The notes: generated by a model from the letters alone, not told the origin. A stretch of DNA of 64,000 bases from Leucoraja erinacea (GCF_028641065.1 NC_073395.1:6944001-7008000), one strand, 5' to 3'. Positions 50,837 to 62,540 are shown, numbered from the stretch's first letter. Program-made: numbers and translations.

Positions 50837-51976
50837 GTGCAAATTATAACACAATAAAGTATATTTGGCTTACAAGAGTAAAATATTCAATGTTTTACTT
50901 CAAATATATTTACATAATTATTACTTTGTGTTAAGGATAATTTAATATTTTAATGTTAATGCATTAATATGGAAGTAGCACGTTTATACTTTTGTGCCCA
51001 ACTCTTTACATTTCTGGTACGATTTTTTAGCATTTCGTTATAGGTTTTTGTATTCATCACCTTGAGACTATAGTAGATCTTAACCCCCCCCCCCCCCCCC
51101 ATGTGTGCATGTGCAACAACTCTTGGGATTGACACCTGTGTGTACATAATATCCAGAGTGTCTTTTTTTCCCCCATTACCTCTTTAAAGATTGAATTTTG
51201 AAGAATACATTTACATTATACAGAGCTTGTATATCATTGATGTTAACATAGAAGCAATAAAAGTAATTGCTCCCTCACATCTAAAAATGCAACATTTCTA
51301 AGCTATCAGTAAAATTAAAGTTTGCCATAATTGGGGCTAATTTTGATTCCCAGTAACACTGGGTAAGCATGGGTTTGTGGAGTGGGTGGTGCAATATAGG
51401 AGAAGAAATAAGTAGAGAGACAGTGGACAATGGGGAAAGGTGCCCTATCCCATTTTCATGTCGTCCAGATTTGAATGTGATGAATGAGCTGTCAGCGCAC
51501 AACAGAGTTTCCCAAAGAACTTGCTAATTACAAGCTTAGAAAACAGTCTTCTTTGTAGATTCTGAAGGTCTTTACAGTATCTTAAAAGGAAGATAAATTT
51601 GCCAAGCAAAATAGGCACATTGTGATGGCAAGGTATCTGGAGCAGATGAATCCCAGGTTAATGATTCTGTGAGTCTTTGACCTGAAATAGTGACTCTGTT
51701 CCTTCTGATTCGGGCGTGGGGGGTGAGCGCCATGAGCAGTGATGGAAATGGGCTTTAGGAACTAGGGGTACGCTAAGGTTCATGAGACTGAGGGGGGAGG
51801 TGGGATTTTTTCATGTGCGGTCATACCCATGTAAGAGTACAAGAATGCATAACTTGTTTATTGTGTAATTGTAATACAGGTTATTGCGTAGTATATGCCA
51901 TAGCTGCTTTCTTGCCTCTCTCTCTCTCTCTCTCTCTCTCCCCCTCTCCTACTTCAGTGAGGGAAGCAGGTCGGCG

Positions 51977-52077
51977 ATTGGTCACAACGCCCCTCGGAAA
52001 CTGTGTCTTATTGGCCGCCGAGTGACCAGCGCATTATGTGATTGGACACAATGCCCTTGGAGACAGCGGCTGATTGG
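51977..52077 (-). promoter_or_regulatory. Array of four phased CCAAT boxes
   Basis: ATTGG at 51977, 52010, 52041, 52073 (spacing 33, 31, 32 bp), all in the same orientation. Confidence 0.55.
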
Positions 52078-52198
52078 ACGGAAGGCATTGTTGGCCAAAT
52101 AGATTCTTGGGGTGGCAGCTCATTCCCTCACGCCTGATGTGCTGGCAGCTCACTCACGGCTGGTGGGCTGGCAGTTGACACGGCTATTCCTTGAAATT

Positions 52199-52490
52199 CC
52201 ATTTCAAGCAGAGTGCAAGGCCACCAAATTCAAATCCATTTTCCTACCTACCATTTCAAGCAGGGTACAAGGCCACCAAATTCAAGTGCATTTTCCTACC
52301 ACTTCAAGCAGGGTGCAAGGCCACAAAATTCAAGTGCAGTTTCATACCATTTCAAGGAGGGTGCAAGGCCACCAAATTCAAATGCAGTTTCATACCATTT
52401 CATTCAGGGTGCAACGATACCACATTCAAATGCAGTTTCATACCATTTCATGCAGAGTGCAAGGCCACCACATTCAAATGCAGTTTCATA
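52199..52490. repeat. 48-bp minisatellite, 6 copies
   Basis: Units start at 52199, 52251, 52299, 52347, 52395, 52443; consensus CCATTTCAAGCAGGGTGCAAGGCCACCAAATTCAAATGCAGTTTCATA. Confidence 0.95.
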
Positions 52491-52892
52491 CCACCCTGTA
52501 TTTCAAGCAGGGTGAAACCACCATAAAACCACACAAAACACTACACTCACAGTTCAGTAGACATTCAGTGTGTTCAGTTGATTCACAGCTCAGACAGAGT
52601 CGTGACCTCTCCCTCCCCCATCATGCAGAGACTGAGCCACACCCACACTTCCGGCTTTTATAATCCCTCCCCCTCCCACCGGAAAAGGTGTGGCCTTCAT
52701 GGTGTGATTGACAGGAGAGATTCTCAACATTTTTTAAACACTAATAACACTTTTGTTTTTCATTGAGGGGAAGAATCCTCTGCACCTGATGAGCGGAGGG
52801 GAACTAAGTAAGATGGCCAAAAATTTCAGCCGTAAGTGGTAGCGTTTTATCTAAAATCAATATAGTGCAAACAGGAAGTTGTCAAGTTTAGA

Positions 52893-53030
52893 CAAACAAC
52901 CATTTGCAGGCAGTGCTTTTTCACTTCAACCCAAACCCCCCAAACAACCATTTGCAGGCAGTGCCTTTTCACTTCAACCCCAACCCCCCAAACAGCCGTT
53001 TGCAGGCAGTGCCTTTTTACTTCAAACCAA
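52893..53030. repeat. Second 48-bp minisatellite, ~2.8 copies
   Basis: CAAACAACCATTTGCAGGCAGTGC(C/T)TTTTCACTTCAACCC... at 52893, 52941, 52989. Confidence 0.92.
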
Positions 53031-53045
53031 CCATATTTTCATTTT

Positions 53046-53206
53046 CAAACCACATTAAGGGCACTCACAGTTGAGTAGACATGTGTTCAGTGTTATTCAG
53101 AGCTCAGAGAGACGTGACCCTCTGGGCAAACCACATTAAGGGCACTCACAGTTGAGTAGACATGAGTTCAGTGTTATTCAGTGCTCAGAGAGATGTGACC
53201 CTCTGG
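53046..53206. repeat. 81-bp tandem duplication
   Basis: CAAACCACATTAAGGGCACTCACAGTTGAGTAGACATG... at 53046 and 53127. Confidence 0.92.
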
Positions 53207-54734
53207 CTTCCTCCATCTTGCAGAGACTGAGTGAGGCACACCACTTCCTGGTTTTATAGTCCCTCTCCCTCCCTCCAGCAGGGGCAGCAGAGAGAATGGA
53301 AAATTGTTTAAAAAGATTAATATCTCTCTGATTTTTCATCGATGAGAAAAATCCTCTGGTCTAGGAAGGCGGAGGGGGGCTCTGAGCGAGGTGGTCAAAA
53401 ATGACGGCCGTAGGTGGCGGCATTCTCTCGGAAATCACAGCACAGTGAGCTAATAGCGGTCAAGATCAGACTTTTAGTAATATAATATAGACTGTGGGAG
53501 AAAATTCCATGAGCCATAATTTCCACATACATACCCAAAAGTAGAAATGTAGAAATTTACAGTGTGTAAAAAAAATAGATATTACGAGCTTTGTAGTCTC
53601 CTTGTACCAATCAAACGGCAAATTCAAAATTCTATGTTTTGAAAATGGGCAAAGCAAAACGTAGCGTGTTCTCTAGAAAGGCTTATCCTAAAATAATTGA
53701 TCAGAAGGGTGTGATTTTAAGTCAGGACGTCTGTATCATTCAGTCAGTGAGCTCGAGGCCCGGAGCCCTTCTCTATTACCCCTCTACATAAAAACAAAGT
53801 GTCAATGCCTCTTCAAGGTCTACTAATCCACCCGTAGCTTCAGTTGCAGGTACAGCTGAAGGGATTTGGCGCTCGGGCAATGCTATAAATTTATATGAAT
53901 TTTAAAAATCTGATACGTTTAAATCATTCAAAAGCTACAACCACAACGTGATAAATAACACGAAATAAAACTGAAGCAAATAAAGGCAAACAGAAGAACT
54001 AACCTTGAAGGAGAGAGAGAAAAAAACACACGTAAACTTATTTTTAGAAGAAAGGAGGTGCTTTTTAACTTTGTAAATGTGGCGACTATTGCGTACTTTG
54101 GGAATGCAAGCAAAGAATTTCACTGTGCCCTGACACATGTGGCAATAATGTATTCCATTGCATTCCGCAGATGCATTTTCAGTTTTTATTTCATATTTCT
54201 TTTCATTTTCATTTATCTCCAGAATATGGTAAAAATGCAACCAAATAATAATTGGGTGATTTTAAGAATTATGCATGGTGGGAACATTGTATCTAAAGCC
54301 AGAAATGTCTTGGATTAAAGTATTGTCTCGTGTTCTTCCTTGCTACAAAAAATGTTTCATTATTGATTAGTGCTTGATGGATTTGAAGGTTGTGAGAATT
54401 TTAAAACTTCATTATGAACAATTAAGAGTAGAGTTATATGATCGTTGAATCATAAGTGAGCAATCAGAAAGAGGTCTCTTCATCTTTGAGTATTTTAAAA
54501 TGCCCATAATTTATATAATTGTCAAGACTGGAATATGGTTTTACCTCTTATGATTAAGGGTTTGTAATTTTTGAGTTACTTAAAGAGCAAACATTTGTTC
54601 TTAGGATGCTTTTGAGTTTGGTGTGTCAGGAGATAATGTTGCTGACATTATGGTTTGGTGTTTGCTGAGACAACAGGAATTGTGCATTTTGTTTCACAAT
54701 GCAAAGTTTTTAGCTGGATTATAAGAGTAGGATA

Positions 54735-55205
54735 TCCTTGAAGAAATGAGACTCCGACTAATAGATAAATATGACCAATTCTTAAGGAGTTGGTCTCCTT
54801 TCATCGACTTTTTGGAATCATGTGATGCAGCGGTACCGTAAAGATTGCTGATTTCAGTTCATGACGCGGATAGATCTACATCTCCGAATACAGATTTGAA
54901 AAATTCTCTTTTAAGGGGCCTTCTCTTCTATTTCTACTTTCCACTTTCTCTTTCTTTTTTATTTTTTATATACACACTTCACGTTTTTCTACTCTCTACC
55001 ATCTATTTTTCCACTTTTTCCTCTTTCTATTGTTTTCTTTTTCTTGTCTTGCTTACTTCCTTCTCATAACATAAAACTAGAGGTTGTACATAGAATGGAT
55101 TACGGTATTACATAGTTGGCACCTAAAATTAGGTTCCACTGTACTGCTTTGTGCTGTATTAACTTCTAATAAAATAAACAAAACAAAAAAAAAAAAATAA
55201 AAAAA
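54735..55205 (+). mobile_element. L1-clade LINE 3' fragment with poly(A) tail and 14-bp TSD
   Basis: ORF2-like end LEEMRLRLIDKYDQFLRSWSPFIDFLES...*, T-rich 3' UTR, AATAAA plus A-tail; TSD ATAAGAGTAGGATA at 54721-54734 and 55206-55219. Confidence 0.88.
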
Positions 55206-56368
55206 ATAAGAGTAGGATAATGGTAAGACGGAATGAAAAACATGTAGCTTTTATCGTTTGGGGAAAAAAAGGCTGTCTATGAGATGCTGTATCTCATCAT
55301 TATATACCATCTGACATATTGTTGTAATAAAGAGTGTAAAAAGCAAACTTCTCTGGCACTGTTCTCCAGTTTTGTCAGTACACCTTTGCCTTCAGTCCTA
55401 CATCCCTCCAATTGTTCATGAGAAATCCCTCTGGGCACCAAATCATCTTTTTAGTCATCTTCAGATTTGGATCTCACCCCAGATCGAACTAAGGTTGATC
55501 TCGTTGAAAACAACATGCCCTTCTCCACTGCCTCTTTGTCATTCTTTGAATGGATCCTGGTATCTTTGGAAAATAACACATAATTACATTCAAGCATAAC
55601 ACCACTGCCACCTCTCATGTAACTAATGCTCCAAATGCTGCTTTTGCAGGTCACTTTGGCATTTTTAAAGATAATACTTCCAATTTAAGTACTCAGAGCT
55701 CTCTTGCAGTCCATCCTCCTACAAGATCATCAGCTGATATGTAAGTAAATTTGACCCACAATTTATTAGCCATAAAATTATGGTCCATGCATGTGGGTAT
55801 ATATAAATTCCAGCGAAGTCACAAGGACAAGATAACATTCCTTATAAAAAGCTGAGGCATGATTGTACTCTCATCATTACATTTACTTGAGATCCTGACA
55901 CTACACGCAATATTTGTTTTACTCCATGCTAACTGCTTAATAATTCAAAAGCTAATTTTATTTACTTGTTCCATCTGTTAATTTATTTTCACTTCCAGTG
56001 GCAGTATAAAAATATTTCTATGGCAATTCCCCTCATCTTCCATGTAGCCTTTGTCGCTCAATTCAAAATATGATCTTAAATTTTATGTTTTTCACATCAT
56101 TAAAAATGTTATTAAACTATTATGATATGAACATATAAATATGATTTACTGCTTTGTTCTCGTAACACTCTGGAATATCATGTTCACATTGAATCACTCT
56201 GATTACTGTATGAGTTTACTCATAGCATTATTGTAACTAACCATTTCAGATTTCTCAAGTCACTATCCTCCTTAACACAGTCTGGACAAATCTTCTTTGT
56301 TCACCGACCTTGATAATCATATAACAGTTCTACAAAATCTACATTCCTGCTTCAATCACTTAAATCTT

Positions 56369-57336
56369 AAATTAGGGGGTGTTGTGGATAATGAAGAGGA
56401 TTTCCAAAGTCTACAGAGTGATTTAGGCCATTTGGAAAAATGGGCTGAAAGATGGCAGATGGAGTTTAATGCTGATAAATGTGAGGTGCTACACCTTGGC
56501 AGGACAAATCAAAATAGGACGTACATGGTAAATGGTAGGGAATTGAAGAATACAGTTGAACAGAGGGATCTGGGTATAACCTTGCATAGTTCCTTGAAGG
56601 TGGAATCTCATATAGATAGGGTGGTAAAGAAAGCTTTTGGTATGCTAGCCTTTATAAATCAGAGCATTGAGTATAGAAGCTGGGATGTAATGTTAAAATT
56701 GTACAAGGCATTGGTGAGACCAAATCTGGAGTATGGTGTACAATTTTGGTCGCCCAATTATAGGAAGGATGTCAACAAAAGAGAGAGAGTACAGAGGAGA
56801 TTTACTAGAATGTTGCCTGGGTTTCAACAACTAAGTTACAGAGATGGGTTGAATAAGTTAGGTCTTTATTCTCTGGAGCGCAGAAGGTTAAGGGGGGGAC
56901 CTGATAGAGGTCTTTAAAATGATGAGAGGGATAGACAGAGTTGATGTGGACAAGCTTTTCCCTTTGAGAATAGGGAAGATTCAAACAAGAGAACATGACT
57001 TCAGAATTAAGGGACAGAAGTTTAGGGGTAATATGAGGGGGAACTTCTTTACTCAGAGAGTGGTAGCGGTGTGGAATGAGCTTCCAGTGGAAGTGGTAGA
57101 GGCAGGTTCATTGGTATCATTTAAAAATAAATTGGATAGGCATATGGATGAGATGAATAGAATAGTTTCTTTATTGTCATTGTAACATGGGCCATGTACA
57201 ACGAAGTGAATGGAGGGTTATGGTATGAGTGCAGGCAGGTGGGACTAAGGGGAAAAAAAATTTGTTCGGCACGGACTTGTAGGGCCGAGATGGCCTGTTT
57301 CCGTGCTGTAATTGTTATATGGTTATATGGTTATAT
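56369..57336 (+). mobile_element. Young CR1 LINE 3' fragment, (GGTTATAT)n family, with a +1 frameshift in a G-run (~56895) and a ~55-bp insertion near 57150-57207
   Basis: Near-identical to 26625-27523; ORFs 56297..56917 and 56919..57185; tail GTTATATGGTTATATGGTTATAT. Confidence 0.95.
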
Positions 57337-58379
57337 CTTGATTTTCTTCCATATTACACTTTTTTTACATTTTGGTTTTCTCCGTTTCATCTTTTCTCCA
57401 TCTTCTTTACCACACAACATATCTCTGTTTCATATATTGCCTTTTTCATTGAATCTGCTTAGGTTTTTATTGATTGATTGATTGATTGAAAGATACAGCA
57501 TCGAGCCCATGCTAACCGTCAATCACCCATTCACGTTTGTTCCATGTTATCCGACTTTCTCATCCATTCCCTACACACCAGAGGCAATTCGCGAAGGCCA
57601 ATTAACCTACAAACCCGCCCATCTTTGTGGTGTGGGAGGGAACACAAGTTCACAAGTTATAGGAGTAGAATTAGGCCATTTGGCCCATCGAGTCTACTCC
57701 GGCATTCAAACATGGCCGACCTCTGCCTCCTAATCCCATTTTCCTGCCTTCTCCCCATAATCCTTGACACCCATTCTAATCAAGATTTTGTCTATTTCGG
57801 CTTTACAAATATCCACAGACTTGTGCCTTCACAGCCCACAGTGGCGATGAGTTCCACTGATTTACTACTCTCTGACTAAAGAAGTTCCTCCTCACCTCCG
57901 TTCTGAAAGAGCGCTTGAGCAACCCAAGCGAAATCCAGCAAACTCCACACAAATAGCAGTTGAAGTCAGGATCCAACCTGGGTTTCTGACACTGCGATGC
58001 AGCATCACCACAACTGCAGCACTGTGCAGCCCTTCTTTGAAAAGTCTGTTCTTTGAAAAGATTGTGGCCATCCTTTTGTGTGTGTGTGTGTCTCTCCCTC
58101 ATTGAATTTAAGCAACACTTTCTTTTGTGACAGTATGCACTAGTAAAGTGCACTGGTACCGTTAAAAAGTTTTTAAAAGCCAGATTTTCACATTTTCTAT
58201 ATTTTCAAAATATCACTAAAGTTTAAAAAAAGAAAATGTATGTATTAAATTTGACAGTCTGGCCCTTAAATTGCTTACGCAGCCTATAACATGACAATCT
58301 CCAATAGCGAGCTACTGCAAGGAATGATTTGTGTCCCGGCACTTTTTTTGCCTCCAAAAAAAGCATGTTGCTGGTGTAC

Positions 58380-59166
58380 AAAGTATTTTGTTGGGCCGCA
58401 CTTGGAATACCATGCATTGTTCTGGTTGCCACGCTGCAGGAAGGATGCATTTAACAGTAGAAAGAATGCAGAAGAGATTTACCAGGATGGTGTAGAAAGG
58501 AACTGCACATGCTGATATATCCCGAAGATAGATACAAAGTGCTGGAGTAACTCAGCGGGTCAGGCAGCATCTCTGGAGAAAAAAGATGGGTGATGAATGT
58601 TTCCAGACGGTATCCTTCCATACCATTTGCTCTTGGCCTGAAACGTCACTCATCCTTTTTCTCCAGAGATGCTGCCTAACCTGCTGAAGTTACTCCAGCA
58701 CTTTACCAGGATGAATCCTGGAATGGTGGGTTTTACTTACAAGGAGAGATTTGATAAGCTGGGGTTCTTTTCATTGGAACGTAGGAGGTTGAGGGATGAC
58801 TTTGGTGGTTATAAAATTACTTAAGGCATAGATAAGGTAGATAATTGAGTATTTTTCTTGGGCGGGTAGGCCTAAAACTAGAAGGCATAAGTTTAAGGTG
58901 AGGTCAATTTAAAGGAGTTCTGAGGGTTACGTTTTTCCACATGGGGGGTAGTGGTTATTTGAAGCAAGTTGCCAGAAAAAGTTGCAGTTGCAGTTGCAGA
59001 TACTATTACAGCAATTAAGAGGCATTTGGACAGGTACTTTAATAGGAACCATATAGAGGGATATGGGCCTAATGCAGGCAAATGGGATTAATGTAGATAG
59101 GTATCACGGTTGGCATGGACAAGTTGGGCCAAAGGGCCTGTTTCTGTGCTGTACATCTCTATGATT
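58380..59166 (+). mobile_element. Old CR1 fragment interrupted by a palindromic Penelope-derived insertion (58490-58701)
   Basis: GPHLEY..FWLP, FSLERRRLRDD and CR1 tail GGGCCAAAGGGCCTGTTTCTGTGCTGTA...CTATGATTCTA. Confidence 0.75.
58490..58701. mobile_element. Penelope-derived palindromic insertion; 12-bp TSD
   Basis: TTTACCAGGATG at 58478-58489 and 58702-58713. Confidence 0.82.
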
Positions 59167-60842
59167 CTACCATAGTCAATCACTGTAATTATCACACATC
59201 TACTTTAACTTCATCTGCACAATATGAACCTTTTAAAAATAAATTGATGCTGCTATCTTGTAAATCGAAAATTTAGAGATGAGAAAATTTAGAGATGAAA
59301 ATATCTCAGAATATGTGTTCATCTTTAAATAATCACATTTTAATAATATTGCTTGGTAAACAAAATGTGATCAGATTTTTAGCAACTACACAGATTCAAA
59401 TGTTCTTAATTTTTTTGTGAAAAATCCCAGACAAGCAAGTAATATAGACTCATGGGGAACTTAGTAAAAAGCTAATTCAACTCATTGGTTCCCTTGTGTC
59501 CCGCTGAGTTACAATTCAAATTTTTATTGGCCCATTAGCTGTTGCAGATGGGTCCAAATAATGCACTTGCAACGTAAATACTACCATCCCGGTTGGAGAA
59601 GAAATGTAATTACCAAATGTGTTGAAATTTTACTTTCACTGTTAATCTATATAGATAGACCAGATGGCCATTTTGAGTAATGCAGCAGTCATTTCTGTGT
59701 GATTCTCGCTGAGAGTAAAGCTAATACTAAATGCTGTGTGGTAATGAAGGCTTTTGTAACAATATGGCATTTGAACACTTATTGTAAAGATTATTTTGAC
59801 ATTTTAAATCTTGTTGAAGAGTTACCATGTGCACAGCAAACACTGGAAATTATTCAACTCAGACCTATCCATATTTTTCTTCATATCCATCTTTCTGTAT
59901 TGATTTTGACTTTGATCCTGACCACTCCGCTTCGAGTCTCAAAATTACCAAAGGAGACACGATGATCTGAATTATGTTAATCAGGCACAGCATCTGATCT
60001 CAATTGTGTTCACCAGGCAGAATATCCAGTGAATAAACATATTCTCTTTTTCAATATGCTTCCTGAAATACACAGATCACAAACAAGACTGAAGCAGCTA
60101 TTTAATCAATAGACTGTCATTTATTATCCACAGGCTCCCAGAAAAAAAAGTCAATTTCAGAAAAGGACACACAGTTTAAAGTCTACTTGTGAAATCTTTA
60201 GAATTTCTTTTCATGATATCTTCAAATAATTTGAGAAAGGTAATTCAGCTGAAAACGGAAATATTTATTTCATTTGATAAATGGTGATGATTTGCAAATG
60301 TTTTTGTTTCTTTAAAAATGGACACCTTTTAATTTTTTTGTTTTGTTCGGGTACAAGGGAGTTGGGGGAGGGGTCATCCTAATCGGCAGATGGAAAGTCT
60401 AAAAATTGCTAGAACTGAAGAAATGTTTTTTAGCAGTGCAGCTGACGGAACATTACTAATGCATCTTGGAAAATAGGAACAATGCACATGATCCGGCTCC
60501 ATAACATTGTGAACTTCGGTAAAAATGACAAGTTCAAATCTAATATTTCAGGAGTAAAAAACTATAATGCATTAAAAGCATGCAAAATCAATAAAGAGAT
60601 TTTGGAATATATTAACATATGAAATTTTAAGTTAAGTTATATGCTTGAGCAAAATAATATCAGCAGAAACCCAACAATCAGATTGTGGTATCACAAAGTG
60701 AACTTGCACAATTGTTAATGGCTGTAATCCATTAAAACATGAATGTATGAATTAATAATGGTATAAATTGACTATTTTGATTTAAAAATGACAATCAAAT
60801 GAAAAATTGTACAAGTAGAAAGTTTGCGGAAATTCAATACAT

Positions 60843-61427
60843 ATCCCTTTACCTCCCCTCTTGACTCCATCCAAGGACTCAAACAGTCTTTCCAGGTGAG
60901 ATGGAGGTTCACTTGCACCTCCAACAACCTCATCTACTGTATCCGCTGTTCCAGGATTCAACTGCTCTAAATTGGCGAGACGTAGAGCAGGCTCAGCGAT
61001 CGTTTCGCTGAACACCTCCGCTCAGTCCATCTTAACCTGCCTGATCTCCTGGTGACTCAGCACTTCAACTCCCCCTCCCATTCCCAATCTGACCTTTCTG
61101 TCCTGGGCCTCTTCCATTGTCAGAGTGAGGGCCAGCGCAAATTGGAGGAACAGCACCTCATATTTTGTTTGGGTAGTTTACACCCCTGCGGTATGAACAT
61201 TGCTTTCTCTAACTTCAGACACCCCTTGCTTTCTCTCTCCATCCCCTGCCATTTCCCAGTTCTCCCACTAGTCTTACTACCTCCAACTCCATCCCATCTT
61301 TGTCCTGCCCCCTCAGCTGACATCAGTCTTAAGAAGGGTCTCGACCCGAAACGTCACACATTCCTCTCCAGAGATGCTGCCTGACCCTCTGAGTTCCTCC
61401 AGCACTTTGTGGTTAGCTCAAGATTCT
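60843..61427 (+). mobile_element. Penelope-like retroelement remnant (tail continues at 62541-62570 after the L1)
   Basis: FTCTSNNLIYCIRCSR, IGET, RFAEHLRSV, QHFNSPSHS, RKLEEQHLIFCLGSLHPCGMNI; hammerhead-like motif 61328-61355 with CTTA instead of CTGA. Confidence 0.87.
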
Positions 61428-62540
61428 GGAGTTACAACGGATTTATGGACTACACTCAAATAACTTTTTCAGATATTTACAACTTAGAGATTATGTTAAA
61501 TCAAATACACAAGATTATAGAACTAGAGATCCAGAAACTCTTGATGAATGTTTGAATAAACATCCCAATATAGATAAATTAATATCTCATATTTATAATA
61601 CCCTCTTAGATAGTGAGGTCCCGCTGACAGAATTATGTAGTCAAACATGGGGAAATGAATTAGGCCAACCTATAACAAAAGATATTTGGGATGAAAGTCT
61701 ACAATGTACACATCAATGCTCATTAAATGCCAGACATTCTTTAATACAATTTAAAGTATTACCTAGACTACATTACTCTAAAACAAAATTAAATAGAATC
61801 TTCCCACGTATCTCTCCTATTTGTGATAAATGTCAGCACTTAGAGGCTAACTTAACTCATACCTTTGTAAACTGTATAAAAATCAAAAAATTTTGGACGG
61901 ATATTTTTAGAATAATTTCTGAAGTTGTCAACACCCAATTGGATCCCGACTCAAAACTAATAACATTAGGAACATCAGAACAAAGCCTAAGACTTACAAC
62001 AAGCCAAAGAAACTTCATTGATTATAGTATAATAACTGGGAAGTAATTAATATTAAAATTTTGGAAAGGTCCTATAACCCCCACAATTAAAATGTGGATT
62101 ATGGAAATGTCGGAGACCTTACATTTGGAAACAACTAGACATGTCTTAAATGACAAACAAGAATTATTTGTTAGAATATGGTCTCCATTCATTGACTTTT
62201 TGAAGGGGTAAATTGGTCCAGCACAGGAATCTGACTGAAGCTCGAACTCAGGATTAGATGAATAGTTGTGCTTTATAACCTACGGACCTATCTCCAGTGC
62301 TGTATTATTGGTAAATTACTCCATTCTTCTTTATCATGCTTTTTTTTCTCACTTTCTATCTATAATAAAACCCCAAATAGAAGCAGAATTAATATACAAC
62401 TGATCAATGAGGACCACTATTATTTTGATAGTTGGATTCCCACCTATTAGTAACGTATGATTGATATACAAGAAATGTTTTTATTAATATATACACATGC
62501 TTCTAATAAAAATATTATTAAAACAAAAAGAAGAAAAAAA
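61428..62540 (+). mobile_element. L1-clade LINE 3' fragment (ORF2 C-terminal Cys-rich region) inserted into a Penelope tail
   Basis: FFRYLQLRDYVK, LIQFKVL.RLHYSK, CDKC...HTFVNC..IKKFW and WSPFIDFL motifs; A-rich tail; TSD AAGATTCT at 61420-61427 and 62541-62548. Confidence 0.9.

Larger units (their letters stand above)
51880..53491 (-). mobile_element. Composite Helitron-like element with internal minisatellites and a duplicated module (left boundary uncertain)
   Basis: Minus strand begins TCTATATTATATTACTAAAAGTCTGATCTTGACC; two diverged copies of a ~350-bp module (52545-52892, 53058-53491). No clear 3' hairpin+CTAG found. Confidence 0.55.

Noticed and set aside
52199-52490. CRISPR-like array
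   Set aside because: Head-to-tail tandem units with no unique spacers, no cas genes, and vertebrate context.
52112-52663. Three overlapping ORFs with 16-aa repeats
   Set aside because: The 48-bp minisatellite is open in all three frames; no splice or homology support for coding.
12474-58701. Classifying the palindromic CCAGAGATGCTGCC elements as DNA-transposon MITEs
   Set aside because: Variable long TSDs, asymmetric arms, variable centres and identity to the tails of GIY-YIG Penelope remnants argue for a retroelement origin.
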